Source of the DNA: Cylindrospermopsis raciborskii Cr2010
GTDB taxonomy: Bacteria; Cyanobacteriota; Cyanobacteriia; Cyanobacteriales; Nostocaceae
Assembly: GCF_003367075.2 (NCBI RefSeq)
Contig: NZ_CP065936.1
Location: forward strand, 2,370,001 to 2,402,000
Reading direction: 5' to 3'
DNA: 32,000 nt
Made by a program: the position numbers and the translations under genes. The first letter of the stretch is position 1. Each line of letters starts with the position of its first letter. Of this stretch, positions 17,299 to 27,396 are shown one piece after another. Under the pieces are notes generated by a model. It ran no database searches, was not told where the DNA came from, and saw only the letters and a program-made list of their open reading frames with translations.

Positions 17299-19053
17299 AT
17301 GAAGAGTTTATTTGGTAATTTCCCCAATTTCCCCAACAGAGTCAAAAAAAATTCCCTTCTATTGCTACTATCAATGCTACTACCAACTTTTAGCATCGGT
17401 AGTTCCGCTACAGCAGCAGAAAAAATATATGTTAATTATTCCATTTTAGAAATTCCCATTCCAGTCCTTAGTTTGGAAAAATATACCAAAACGGGAGTGC
17501 TAGATAATGATTTATCAGTTTATCAAAACTCCCTCCAGCAGTTACAAGATTTAAAACAAATACTCTCCATAAAAATACGTATTGATCCTGCCACTACTAA
17601 ACAGTTTCTTCATACCTTACCAGGGGAGTTTATATTACAAAGATTGGCAAAACTAATAACTAATAAATCTGGGGAATCAACATCACAAATTGAAAATTTA
17701 CGCACTGCTATAGTTGCTGCATCAGCACAACCAGAGGGTTTAACATTATTGAACTTAGTGAAAAATTACCCTGGTTATAGTGTGAATATAGACCTAGACC
17801 ATGGTTTATATGTGGCTAAGAATTTAGAGCGGTTAATTAATAAAACAAATCAGGCGATCGCCATTATACAAGAGCAATCAAAAAAAGAAGCTGCTAATAT
17901 TCCCCAAGGGAATTTATCCGTTTTACCAGATTTGCAAAATCAAGGTAATTTCATAGTTAAAAAATCTGTCAAGAATTTTTTTGATACTAGTCGCAATCGG
18001 CAATTATTAACAGATATTTATATTCCAGAAAGTAATAATTTTCATCAGTCGATTCCAGTGATAATTATTTCCCATGGATTAGGTTTAGATAGTAGTAATT
18101 TTCGCTATTTAGCCAAACATCTAGCTTCTCATGGATTAGCTGTGGTTGTTCCCAATCATCCTGACGTGCTGCTCAAAAAAATTAATCTCACTAAATTAGA
18201 AGAAGCAAAAGAGCTGATTGATAGACCTCTTGATATAAAATATATCTTAGATGAACTAGAAAAAATTGACCGGATCCATATACCATTCCAGGGTAAATTG
18301 AATCTGCAACAGGTGGGAGTATTTGGACAATCTCTGGGAGGTTACACCGCCCTAGCATTAGCAGGAGCAAAAATTAACTTTCAGCAACTAAAAAAGGATT
18401 GTACTCCCAATGCACTGGGGGAAACCTGGAACATGTCCTTATTACTTCAATGTCGGGCCCTAGAATTGCCCAATAATTTCTTGACTGAACAACAAGTTAA
18501 GTTAAAATTGAAGTTGTACGGAGACTTGAACACTAATCTCAAAACTAATCTAAAACCAAATTTAACCCTTAATTTACGGGATGATAGAATAAAAGCAGTG
18601 ATTGCGGTTAACCCTTTAATCAGTTCTATATTTGGAGAGGATGGATTAAATGAAATTGCCACTCCAGTTATGTTAATTAGCAGCAGTCAAGACGCTGTCT
18701 CACCAGCGTTATATGAGCAAATTCTTCCTTTTTCCTGGTTAAATAAGGTTAATAAATTTCTGGTTATGCTGGTAGGTGGAACTCATTTTTCTAGCATTGG
18801 CAATAGTGAACCAGGAAGCGAGCAAATACTATTACCACGAGAATTAACCGGAGACACGGATCAGGCCCATACCTATATCAATACTTTAAGTTTGCCTTTC
18901 TTCCAAAGCTATGTATGGGGGAGACCACAATATCTCCCCTACCTCAATGCTGCTTATGCTCAAAAGATTTCTCGTCAGTCCTTGGGTTTAACTCTGATTC
19001 GGTTTTTAAAAACTCCCCAGTTATTACCTCTATTCAAGGAGCAACCAGAGTAG
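17299..19053 (+). CDS. Secreted alpha/beta hydrolase with an N-terminal DUF1400-like domain
   Basis: It has a signal-like N-terminus (LLLLLSMLLPTFSIGSSATAAE) and an AEKIYVNYSILEIPIPVLSLEKYTKTG... segment resembling the cyanobacterial DUF1400 module. The hydrolase core has HG (IISHGLG), the nucleophile elbow GQSLGG and a late GGTHFS. A low-complexity insert LKLKLYGDLNTNLKTNLKPNLTLNL is also present. Confidence 0.8.
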   Translation: MKSLFGNFPNFPNRVKKNSLLLLLSMLLPTFSIGSSATAAEKIYVNYSILEIPIPVLSLEKYTKTGVLDNDLSVYQNSLQQLQDLKQILSIKIRIDPATTKQFLHTLPGEFILQRLAKLITNKSGESTSQIENLRTAIVAASAQPEGLTLLNLVKNYPGYSVNIDLDHGLYVAKNLERLINKTNQAIAIIQEQSKKEAANIPQGNLSVLPDLQNQGNFIVKKSVKNFFDTSRNRQLLTDIYIPESNNFHQSIPVIIISHGLGLDSSNFRYLAKHLASHGLAVVVPNHPDVLLKKINLTKLEEAKELIDRPLDIKYILDELEKIDRIHIPFQGKLNLQQVGVFGQSLGGYTALALAGAKINFQQLKKDCTPNALGETWNMSLLLQCRALELPNNFLTEQQVKLKLKLYGDLNTNLKTNLKPNLTLNLRDDRIKAVIAVNPLISSIFGEDGLNEIATPVMLISSSQDAVSPALYEQILPFSWLNKVNKFLVMLVGGTHFSSIGNSEPGSEQILLPRELTGDTDQAHTYINTLSLPFFQSYVWGRPQYLPYLNAAYAQKISRQSLGLTLIRFLKTPQLLPLFKEQPE

Positions 19054-19116
19054 GGAAATAGAAAATATAATAAAGTATAATTTAGAAACTATAACTTAGA
19101 AATTACTAATTATTTC

Positions 19117-19992
19117 GTGGAAGGATTTCTCAATTTAAACAAACCTGATAACTGGACCTCTCATGACTGCGTAGCTAGGGTGAGAAAATTGCTTCGGTTA
19201 AAACGGGTAGGACATGCAGGAACTCTAGACCCAGCAGCTACGGGAGTATTACCCATTGCTCTTGGTAGGGCTACAAGACTGTTGCAATTTTTACCTGGCA
19301 ATAAAGCATATCAAGCTACGGTCCGCTTTGGGATCAGAACCACCACAGATGATTTACAAGGGGAAGTACTTACTTGTGAACCTTGTCCCCATTTAAATTT
19401 AACTGACATAGAAAGGGAAATTGGGCAATTTACCGGGTTAATTCAACAGATACCTCCCAGTTATAGCGCTATCCAAGTGGATGGTAAACGATTGTATGAT
19501 TTGGCACGACAGGGAGAAATCTTCCAAGCGCCAACGAGAACTGTACAAGTATTCAAAATAGATATTCTGGGTTGGCGTACTGGTGATTTTCCTGAATTGG
19601 ATTTAGTTATATGCTGCGGTACAGGTACTTATATTCGTGCGATCGCCCGGGATTTAGGGGTAGTGTTAAAAACAGGCGCGACTCTGGCTAAATTGACTAG
19701 AACTGAAAGTAGTGGTTTTGATTTAGAAAACAGTTTGAGTTTTTTAGACATAGAAAACCAATTACAGTCCCAGACATTTAAACCTATTGCTCCGGATACA
19801 CCATTAGAAAACTTGTCATTTATTAACCTGGAGGAAACAATTGCCAAAAAATGGTGTCAAGGACAAAAAGTGCCAGTAGAAGTTAGTTTAATGGATTTAG
19901 TTAGGGTTTACGGACAGCATAACAACTTTTTGGGAATTGGTAAAATAGAAAATGAGATTCTCATACCTCAAATGGTGTTTGAACCAGTATAA
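19117..19992 (+). CDS. truB: tRNA pseudouridine(55) synthase TruB
   Basis: It has a GTG start. The sequence [21 protein letters not shown]...[25 protein letters not shown] contains the catalytic Asp in the GTLDP motif, and the length (291 aa) is typical. Confidence 0.92.
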   Translation: MEGFLNLNKPDNWTSHDCVARVRKLLRLKRVGHAGTLDPAATGVLPIALGRATRLLQFLPGNKAYQATVRFGIRTTTDDLQGEVLTCEPCPHLNLTDIEREIGQFTGLIQQIPPSYSAIQVDGKRLYDLARQGEIFQAPTRTVQVFKIDILGWRTGDFPELDLVICCGTGTYIRAIARDLGVVLKTGATLAKLTRTESSGFDLENSLSFLDIENQLQSQTFKPIAPDTPLENLSFINLEETIAKKWCQGQKVPVEVSLMDLVRVYGQHNNFLGIGKIENEILIPQMVFEPV

Positions 19993-20056
19993 ACTTGCTA
20001 TTTCTTAGGATGGAAGAAACTCCACAATGGTTTTCCACCATCCCAAGTAAACCAAC

Positions 20057-20161
20057 TAAGTAGGGAGTCACAATTATTTGTAGGATGGGTTAACCCATGA
20101 GGATGTTGGGTTTCATACTTCAACCCAACCTACGTTCATCTTATATTTAATTCCACTCACC
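20057..20161. repeat. MITE-like dispersed repeat, copy B (105 bp)
   Basis: It is the same element as 296-411 in the same orientation, lacking the 11-bp segment. It contains the perfect palindrome ATGGGTTAACCCAT and the GTTGGGTT...AACCCAAC hairpin. It fills the gap between the convergent truB and TonB-dependent receptor genes. Confidence 0.8.
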
Positions 20162-20164
20162 GAC

Positions 20165-22216
20165 TTAAATATTAGCGTTGACACCCACTCTAAAAGTGAA
20201 ACCAGGACTGTAGATACGATTTACCTTTTCATACTGTTCACCCAAGAGATTTTCTAGGTAAAAAGTCAGTCCCACATTTTTACCCATGGGAATGCGACCA
20301 CTCAAATCTAAATTAACAAAACTAGGAGCAAAGTCTGTAGCTTGCTGACCAGCATTATTATTAGTAAACAAAGCACGACGAGTACCGCTATTATAAGTCA
20401 AATATAAATTAGCCCCCCAACCTTTGTTTTCATAACCCACACCACTTTGTAATAAAGAATAAGGAATCAAACCTAACTGTCTTCCCTTTTCTGTTCCTGT
20501 TTTAATTTGCGCATCAGTGTAAGTATAATTGACAAAACTAGACCAATTAGGAGCAAACCTATATTGTAAAACTCCCTCCAAACCATTGGTATTTACCAAC
20601 CCTACATTGTCCCATTGAGGTGGATTGGGAGCGGGACGAGGAGCAAGAGACAAGCGATTATCCAGACTACTGCCAAAATAGGTTAACTGGGCCAAGAAGT
20701 TCCTAGATATATTAAAATCAAACCCTGCGGTCCAAGTGGAACCAGTTTCTGGTTTTAAGTCAGGATTAGGATCCCAGTTATGGACTGTGTCAAAAACATA
20801 TAACTGGTCTAACCCCGGATTCCGTTGGGCTCCCCCCCAACTTCCTCGCACTGCAACTACGGGATTAATCGCATACTTTAAACCCACACTAGGATTTAAA
20901 TAACTGCCAAATTTGCTGTCAATATTTTGTCTTAAACCCAAATCAACTGAAAAATCATCGGTAATCTTCCAAGTATTGACTGCAAATAAAGCTGTGTTGA
21001 GAACACTTCTATCTTCCTTCTCATTTTTGGCAGCAAGTGCTGGGTTGGTACTAATAACATCTCCCTTTAAATCAGTATTTTTTAAATCTAACCCCCAGCG
21101 TAATTGATTATTGAGACTCAGTTTCCACTCATGATCTACCCTAGCAGTAATTTGTTTAGTATCTAGGATTCCTGTGCGATTGAATATTCCACCTGCACCT
21201 GTTGGTCCATAGGTACTAAAATAATCCTGGTTATAGCCAACGGTGGTGGTGAGATTAGAATCATTGTTTTGAGCTAATCGAGTTTTCCAGGATAATCCCA
21301 CATTTATAGCATCATGGTCTAATCTATCCCTTTGCAGGGGAAATCCAAAGTAAACTAAACCCCGACGACTGGCAATACTCTTCACATCTAAATTCAAAGA
21401 ATTTTTGGGGTTAACATCTAAAATCACACGACCAAAATAGGTACTAACCCCTGTATCAGCATTGAATAAAAAACCATCAGCAGGATTGCGATTAGCTGCT
21501 CCTTCGGGTACGGGATAACGGTTGTCTATGAAGAATCTTTCAAAGCTTAAATTGTATTTAACTCTGTCACCAGAACCGGAATAACTCAACTGTTGATTAT
21601 TAAAATTTAAAGAGCCAAATTCTACAGTACCAGTAAGTTTTGGCTTGGAAGAGCCTTCTTTAGTGATGATGTTAACCACGCCACCAAAAGCAGAGGAACC
21701 ATACAAAGAAGCAGCACCACCGCTATATAATTCAACTCTTTCAATGGATTCCACGGGAATACTATTTAAATCTGTAGCTCCATGATAGGTGCTAATATTA
21801 GTGTTAATTGGTCTGCCATTAATTAAAAATACAGATTGATCAATGGAAGCACCTCTATAGTATGTACCAGTGTGAATATCCGCTCCATGTCCTACATTAT
21901 TAATAGTAAAACCGGGCATTCTTTTTAAAACGTCAGCTACACTTGTCGCACCTTGCTTTTGAATCTCTTCTTTGTCAATAATATATGTGGGAGTAGATTC
22001 CGGTAGAACGTCTTTTTCTCCTATCACATCTACGGAAATATCTGAATCATCTTGCTCCGTTGGTAAACTACTACTTGTGATGGAAAATTCACTGGCGATC
22101 GCTCCGGGTGGGTTCCCATCTATTTCTAAAGCATGGGCCTTACCACCTACAAAAGCAGGAAAAACCACCAACAGATTCAATAAAAAAACCGGGAATAAAA
22201 CAAACCTACTTTTCAT
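20165..22216 (-). CDS. TonB-dependent outer-membrane receptor
   Basis: It has a signal peptide (MKSRFVLFPVFLLNLLVVFPAFVGGKAHA) and a plug domain (ATSVADVLKRMPGFTINN...RGASIDQSVFLINGRPIN...IERVELYSGGAASLYGSSAFGGVVNIITK). A long beta-barrel follows, with alternating-pattern strands through to the C-terminus. Confidence 0.88.
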   Translation of the reverse strand: MKSRFVLFPVFLLNLLVVFPAFVGGKAHALEIDGNPPGAIASEFSITSSSLPTEQDDSDISVDVIGEKDVLPESTPTYIIDKEEIQKQGATSVADVLKRMPGFTINNVGHGADIHTGTYYRGASIDQSVFLINGRPINTNISTYHGATDLNSIPVESIERVELYSGGAASLYGSSAFGGVVNIITKEGSSKPKLTGTVEFGSLNFNNQQLSYSGSGDRVKYNLSFERFFIDNRYPVPEGAANRNPADGFLFNADTGVSTYFGRVILDVNPKNSLNLDVKSIASRRGLVYFGFPLQRDRLDHDAINVGLSWKTRLAQNNDSNLTTTVGYNQDYFSTYGPTGAGGIFNRTGILDTKQITARVDHEWKLSLNNQLRWGLDLKNTDLKGDVISTNPALAAKNEKEDRSVLNTALFAVNTWKITDDFSVDLGLRQNIDSKFGSYLNPSVGLKYAINPVVAVRGSWGGAQRNPGLDQLYVFDTVHNWDPNPDLKPETGSTWTAGFDFNISRNFLAQLTYFGSSLDNRLSLAPRPAPNPPQWDNVGLVNTNGLEGVLQYRFAPNWSSFVNYTYTDAQIKTGTEKGRQLGLIPYSLLQSGVGYENKGWGANLYLTYNSGTRRALFTNNNAGQQATDFAPSFVNLDLSGRIPMGKNVGLTFYLENLLGEQYEKVNRIYSPGFTFRVGVNANI

Positions 22217-22375
22217 ATTTTTAACTCACACCTGATGTGGGTATTCTCTCCCCCAGTCAAAAAACTGTCAACAGACAGGTTGTCATACTAGGGTGTTCAT
22301 CGTGCAAATTTCTAATGCAGTCCATACCTGTCAATGATTACAGCCACCAAAGGAACGGTTTAAACGCAAAATAAC

Positions 22376-23257
22376 TTACTTATTCCAAGCTAATTTTGCT
22401 GCACCTGCCATACCTGCACTATTACCCAATTGTGCTTTTAAAATTTGTAAACCTATACGAGAACTTGGTAAAACCCGGGTTTCAATTTCCTCTTGCATTG
22501 CTGGTAAAAAATACTCAAAACTAGCACTAATACCACCACCAATAATAATTGCTTGGGGGGTAAGTACATATATTAAACTGGTTAAACCAATGCCCAAGTC
22601 CTTACCATATTCTTGCCAAAAAGTCAAGGACTGAATATCACCTTGTTGAGCTAATTTCCCTAGTATAGCTGGGTCCTTTCCTGTGCGACGAGAAATAGCA
22701 CCAATGGAGGTGTATTGTTCTAAAGAACCTTGATTACCACTATTACATAATGGGCCATTGGGATTAAGAGTAATTAGTCCTAGCTCCCCTGCTGCACCCT
22801 GATGACCAACAAATAGTTTACCATCCAAAATAATGGCTCCACCCACACCGGTTCCCAAGGTCAACAAGATCAAGTTTTGAAAATCACGCCCTGCACCCAA
22901 CCATGCTTCTCCTAACCCTGCACAGTTGGCATCATTGGCAAGAATTGTGGGTATTCCCGTACGGTTTTCTAACCATTCCGCTAAGGGTACATTGTCCCAT
23001 CCCTCAAGGTTGATGGCCACTTTGGCAACTCTCCCCGCTGCATCCACGGGGCCTGGAGTTCCTACCCCTAGGGCTAGGATTCTATCATTTTGCTTAATCA
23101 GGGAATTTATCCCCTCTAACATTGTAGATAATACAGCTTCTGGAGTCGCTGGTTTAGGAGTCTGTAATGTTATGCTTTGTAAGCGTTTACCATTAGGGTC
23201 AAATACGCCTGATTTTATGGATGTTCCACCCAGATCAATACCAATTACCAGTCCCAT
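22376..23257 (-). CDS. ROK-family sugar kinase (glucokinase-like)
   Basis: MGLVIGIDLGGTSIK carries the ATP-binding DxGGT motif, and GVGTPGPVD, NDANCAGLGE and the ROK signature region LTLGTGVGGAIILDGKLFVGHQGAAGELG are present. I prefer the ATG at 23257, which has GGAGGGAGGG just upstream, over the ORF-track start at 23296. Confidence 0.85.
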   Translation of the reverse strand: MGLVIGIDLGGTSIKSGVFDPNGKRLQSITLQTPKPATPEAVLSTMLEGINSLIKQNDRILALGVGTPGPVDAAGRVAKVAINLEGWDNVPLAEWLENRTGIPTILANDANCAGLGEAWLGAGRDFQNLILLTLGTGVGGAIILDGKLFVGHQGAAGELGLITLNPNGPLCNSGNQGSLEQYTSIGAISRRTGKDPAILGKLAQQGDIQSLTFWQEYGKDLGIGLTSLIYVLTPQAIIIGGGISASFEYFLPAMQEEIETRVLPSSRIGLQILKAQLGNSAGMAGAAKLAWNK

Positions 23258-23415
23258 AATTCCCTCCCTCCCCCCTAAGATAGATGTACTATTCACATGA
23301 ATGTGTCAGAAATAAGATTATAATACTAAATGTGAAGAAGTTGCACATACTGGACTACTTTTTATTGTGAATTTGTTTTTGATTTGTAACTCCTAATTTT
23401 GAGGAGGTGAAACCT

Positions 23416-24342
23416 ATGGAAAAAGATATCAGAATTGTGTCTTTAAGTCCCAGCGCTACTGAAATAGTAGCTACCCTGGGACTCCAAAATGCCATTGTTG
23501 GTCGCTCCCATGAGTGTGACTATCCCCCAGAAATAGCTGGTGTACCTATTTGTACCGAAGCCCGATTAAATGGTAATGGCAACAGTAGTACTATTCACGA
23601 TGAGGTAAGTAAAATTCTTCAGTCTGCTCTGGGCATTTATAAGATTAAATTAGATGTTCTAGAAAAATTAAAACCTACTCATATTATTACTCAAGCTCAA
23701 TGCAATGTTTGTGCGGTTACTTTGTCAGATGTGGAAAAAGCTGTGAAGGAACTTACCCATCTTTCACCTGACATTATTTCTTTACAACCTACCACCTTAG
23801 GAGATGTATGGGGTGATATTGAAAGAGTGGGTCAAACTTTTGGAGTGAATTCAATAAAAATACTAGAAAATTTAGAAGCAAGGGTAAAAATTTGCAATAG
23901 AAGAATAGGTGGACTTTCCCTGGGAGAAATGCCGACAGTTGCTTGTATTGAGTGGACTGACCCAGTGATGACTGCGGCAAATTGGATACCTGAGTTGGTA
24001 GATTTGGCGGGAGGAAAAATCTTGTTTACCGTTATGGGTAAACCCTCTACCCGCATTAACCGGGAAACTCTAGTTGCAACTAATCCAGATGTAATTATTT
24101 TTATGCCCTGTGGCTTTAATTTAGAAAGGACTCAACAGGAAGCTAAGTTATTGACTCAACATCCAGACTGGGGTAAACTCCATGCTGTCAAAACTGGAAG
24201 AGTATTTGTCACAGATGGCAACGCCTATTTTAATCGACCAGGACCACGATTGGTTGATTCTGTAGAGATTTTGGCAGAAATCCTACACCCGGATATTTTT
24301 GAATATGGTTATCAGGGCACTGGGTGGGAACTGGCCAATTAA
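23416..24342 (+). CDS. BtuF/FecB-like periplasmic-binding-protein-fold protein (cobalamin/siderophore-binding family) without an evident signal peptide
   Basis: MEKDIRIVSLSPSATEIVATLGL...IVGRSHECDYP...KPTHIITQ is the class III (helical-backbone) binding-protein pattern. A GAGGAGG SD at 23401-23407 sits 8 nt before the ATG at 23416, whereas the ORF-track GTG at 23407 overlaps the SD. There is no hydrophobic leader. Confidence 0.75.
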   Translation: MEKDIRIVSLSPSATEIVATLGLQNAIVGRSHECDYPPEIAGVPICTEARLNGNGNSSTIHDEVSKILQSALGIYKIKLDVLEKLKPTHIITQAQCNVCAVTLSDVEKAVKELTHLSPDIISLQPTTLGDVWGDIERVGQTFGVNSIKILENLEARVKICNRRIGGLSLGEMPTVACIEWTDPVMTAANWIPELVDLAGGKILFTVMGKPSTRINRETLVATNPDVIIFMPCGFNLERTQQEAKLLTQHPDWGKLHAVKTGRVFVTDGNAYFNRPGPRLVDSVEILAEILHPDIFEYGYQGTGWELAN

Positions 24343-24358
24343 CAACGGATAATAGGCC

Positions 24359-26629
24359 TTATGTTGGTGAGCTCTCCATTTCACCCACCCTCCGAATATT
24401 CAGAATGTCACTCATTTTTTTGATCTGCACAAACAAATGTTCTAATTGATTGCGATCGCGGACTTCAATACCAAGCTTCATCAATGCTGGTTGACCGGAG
24501 GTGGTCTTTACATCAGCGTGACGGACGTTGATACCTTGATCAGTGAGTCTAGATAGAACATCTTTTAAAATACCAACTCTATCCAGGGTCTCGATTTGAA
24601 TGGCCACGGGATATGTTTGGGGACGGTGGTGATGTTCCATAGCTGTATTCCACTGTACAGGTACGAACCGTTCATATTCTACCTGCTCTAAGTTATGACA
24701 GGATTGACGATGAATGGATATACCTCTTCCTCTAGTTACCACACCAATAATTGGTTCTCCCGGAATTGGTGTACAACATCCAGCTACATGATAAACCAAA
24801 CCTTCTACTCCTAAGATTGGCGAGTCAGTGGACTTGGACGTGGTGGGAAAGCTGTCCTTAAAAGTTTTAGGAGATAAATCTTTAGGTAAAAACGGAATTA
24901 TGTCAGCTACGGGCTGCTGTGACTTGATTATATCTCGCCAGCGATTTAAGACTAAATTTAAGGTAATTTCTCCATACCCCAAACCTGCTAATAAATCTTC
25001 CACATTGTGATAATTGCACTTTTCTGCTATGGTTTGCATGGGGTTAGATTTTAACAGGTGATCAAATCCGGTTTTGCCTAATTCTTTCTCTAATAATTCC
25101 TTACCTCTAGTAATATTCTCTTCCCTTCGGGAACGTTTGTACCATTGTTTAATTCGATATTTTGCTGCTGAAGTCCTGACAAAATTCAACCAGTCTAAAC
25201 TAGGATGACTATTCTTTTGAGTAATAATATCAACAATGTCCCCATTCTGTAGTCGGGTTGATAGGGGTACTATGCGCCCGTTTACCCTTGCTCCTGCGCA
25301 GTGGTTTCCCACTTCTGTGTGAATGCTATAGGCAAAGTCTATACTAGTAGAGCCTGGACTGAGAGCAACCACATCTCCTTTAGGGGTAAAAACATAAACA
25401 TCATCTTCAAATAAATTATCTTTAACACTGTCTAAATATTCTTGGGCATCTTTCAAATCACTTTGCCAGTCTAATAATTGCCGTAACCAGGCAAATTTTT
25501 CATCTGTCCCTGTAACTTGAGCTGTAGATCCACCTGTTTCCTTATACTTCCAGTGAGCTGCAATACCATATTCTGCTACATGGTGCATTTCCATTGTGCG
25601 GATTTGCACCTCTAGGGGACGACCAGTTAAACCAATTACACATGTATGTAAAGACTGATAACGATTAGGTTTAGGCAATCCAATGTAATCTTTAAATCTA
25701 CCGGGAATGGGACAAAAAGCATCATGCACTACTGCTAAAGCGCGATAACATTCCTCATTTGTTTCTACAATAATTCTTAATGCAGCCAAATCATAAATTT
25801 CATGAAATTCCTTTTGCTGACGCTGCATTTTCTGATAAATGCTATACAGGTGTTTAGGACGGCCACTAATATCCAAACATTTAATTCCCGCTTGTTCAAT
25901 TCTCTCCCGCAATACCTCCTTAGCTTTGTTTAATTTTTCTTCCCGTGCGGTTCTTTTTTCCGCCACGTGTTCTTGAATTTCTCGATAAGCATCCGGTTCC
26001 AAATATTTAAACGCTAAGTCTTCTAGTTCCCATTTAATGTGCCAAATACCCAACCGATTAGCTAGGGGGGCAAAAATGTCTCTAGTCTCCTGGGCACTGC
26101 GACGACGACTGGTTTCCGACATATACTGTAGAGTGCGCATATTGTGTAACCTGTCTGCCAATTTCACTACAATCACTCGGATATCCTGGGCCATGGATAA
26201 AAACATTCGCCGAAAATTTTCTGCTTGACTTTCGGTTTTGCTGGTGAAGTTAATTTTCGATAATTTAGTCACACCCTCCACCAATTGTCTGACTTCATGA
26301 CCAAATTTCTGTTCTATATCCTCAATTGTGACTTCTGTATCCTCAACTACATCATGTAGAAACCCAGCTGCTATCATAGTAGCACTACAACCTAAATCCC
26401 TTAACAAATCAGCTACTGCTATTGGGTGAGCTATATAGGGTTCTCCCGATTTTCTGTACTGTCCTTCATGTAGTTCATAAGCAAACTTTAAGGCACTGCA
26501 AATTAAATTGTTATCATTACGCCTTCGGTCATCCTCTCCTGAACCACTGTTGCTAGTGTTTTCTTGAAGGCATCTTTTTAGCCATTGAGGTAGGTTAATC
26601 TTTGTCAAAGGATCAATAAAGCTGGTCAT
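24359..26629 (-). CDS. spoT: Bifunctional (p)ppGpp synthetase/hydrolase, RelA/SpoT homologue
   Basis: It has an HD hydrolase domain (YIAHPIAVA...GFLHDVVEDT), a synthetase domain (GRPKHLYSIYQKM...DLAALRIIV...YQSLHT), TGS (VYVFTPKGDVVALSPGSTSIDFAY) and a C-terminal ACT-like domain. It is 756 aa. Confidence 0.93.
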   Translation of the reverse strand: MTSFIDPLTKINLPQWLKRCLQENTSNSGSGEDDRRRNDNNLICSALKFAYELHEGQYRKSGEPYIAHPIAVADLLRDLGCSATMIAAGFLHDVVEDTEVTIEDIEQKFGHEVRQLVEGVTKLSKINFTSKTESQAENFRRMFLSMAQDIRVIVVKLADRLHNMRTLQYMSETSRRRSAQETRDIFAPLANRLGIWHIKWELEDLAFKYLEPDAYREIQEHVAEKRTAREEKLNKAKEVLRERIEQAGIKCLDISGRPKHLYSIYQKMQRQQKEFHEIYDLAALRIIVETNEECYRALAVVHDAFCPIPGRFKDYIGLPKPNRYQSLHTCVIGLTGRPLEVQIRTMEMHHVAEYGIAAHWKYKETGGSTAQVTGTDEKFAWLRQLLDWQSDLKDAQEYLDSVKDNLFEDDVYVFTPKGDVVALSPGSTSIDFAYSIHTEVGNHCAGARVNGRIVPLSTRLQNGDIVDIITQKNSHPSLDWLNFVRTSAAKYRIKQWYKRSRREENITRGKELLEKELGKTGFDHLLKSNPMQTIAEKCNYHNVEDLLAGLGYGEITLNLVLNRWRDIIKSQQPVADIIPFLPKDLSPKTFKDSFPTTSKSTDSPILGVEGLVYHVAGCCTPIPGEPIIGVVTRGRGISIHRQSCHNLEQVEYERFVPVQWNTAMEHHHRPQTYPVAIQIETLDRVGILKDVLSRLTDQGINVRHADVKTTSGQPALMKLGIEVRDRNQLEHLFVQIKKMSDILNIRRVGEMESSPT

Positions 26630-26761
26630 AGGAATAGTGGGTTTTTTAGTGGGTTAATGCTTTTGGTATTTGGTTTCAAAACTGTGGATATAGTCTTGAA
26701 ACTGGGTGTTTTTGGCTGTAAATCGATTAAGAATCGAGTTCTGCCATCAATTTTTGCGATC

Positions 26762-27172
26762 ATGGCAGAACCTAGTAATCTGATTCTAGAAGATATAATT
26801 GTACTCCAGATTCAAGAAATAGAAGTCCTAATGTCCTTTAAATATCAAAAATATCAAGAATTGAAAACCTTGGTTGAGCTATTGTTGTCAGATGTTAACA
26901 AAGCCCATGTCTACGATCCCACCTGGAAATCCCTTTTGGGTGAGATCAGCGGTTTTTTTGCGCGAGAAATTGCCGTCTTTAGTGATTTGGAATCTCGTCA
27001 GCAGTCTTATCAAACAGAGATAAGTAAACAGATACGTTTATTAGAACTTGATATGATGTTTTTACAAAGTGCAAAACAGACACTAACTATAAAATCACGA
27101 TTGGAAAGTATTCAACAAAGAGCTGAAATTTTAATTAGATATTGTCAAAACATATTAGAAATAAGCTGTTAG
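26762..27172 (+). CDS. Hypothetical helical/coiled-coil protein (136 aa)
   Basis: The ORF is open from 26657, but the first 35 codons look non-genic, so I prefer the ATG at 26762 (MAEPSNLILEDIIVLQIQEIE...). The sequence is heptad-rich and I recognised no domain. Confidence 0.5.
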   Translation: MAEPSNLILEDIIVLQIQEIEVLMSFKYQKYQELKTLVELLLSDVNKAHVYDPTWKSLLGEISGFFAREIAVFSDLESRQQSYQTEISKQIRLLELDMMFLQSAKQTLTIKSRLESIQQRAEILIRYCQNILEISC

Positions 27173-27360
27173 TGATTAACCACCGGTTCACTATCATATA
27201 GGGAGAATGATAAGATAAATTTATATAAATGCTATCGTTTTTTGAATGGGAGTCACTAGACTTATTTCTAGACTACATCAACGATCTTAACCGATATGAC
27301 TCCAATATGAACACAGGATGAATGATTTAATTTACTAATATAAAATTTCCATGAAACCTC

Positions 27361-27390
27361 TTGCCATTTTCCTAAAACTAGTGATATATT
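27361..27390 (+). promoter_or_regulatory. Candidate sigma70-type promoter (TTGCCA-N18-TATATT) driving the small-RNA candidate
   Basis: TTGCCA lies at 27361-27366 and TATATT at 27385-27390. There is no ORF downstream before the terminator at 27421-27463. Confidence 0.4.
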
Positions 27391-27396
27391 CTATTT

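Noticed and set aside
22217-22375. A cobalamin riboswitch or Fur box in the TonB-dependent receptor leader.
   Set aside because: I found no B12-box-like core and the leader is short for that riboswitch. The only Fur-like stretch is a partial match (GTAATCATTGAC on the gene strand), too weak to call by eye.
26657-26761. An upstream ATG extension of the 136-aa hypothetical gene.
   Set aside because: The extra 35 residues (MLLVFGFKTVDIVLKLGVFGCKS...) look like translated intergenic DNA and would overlap the spoT promoter region. I kept the 26762 start, but with low confidence.
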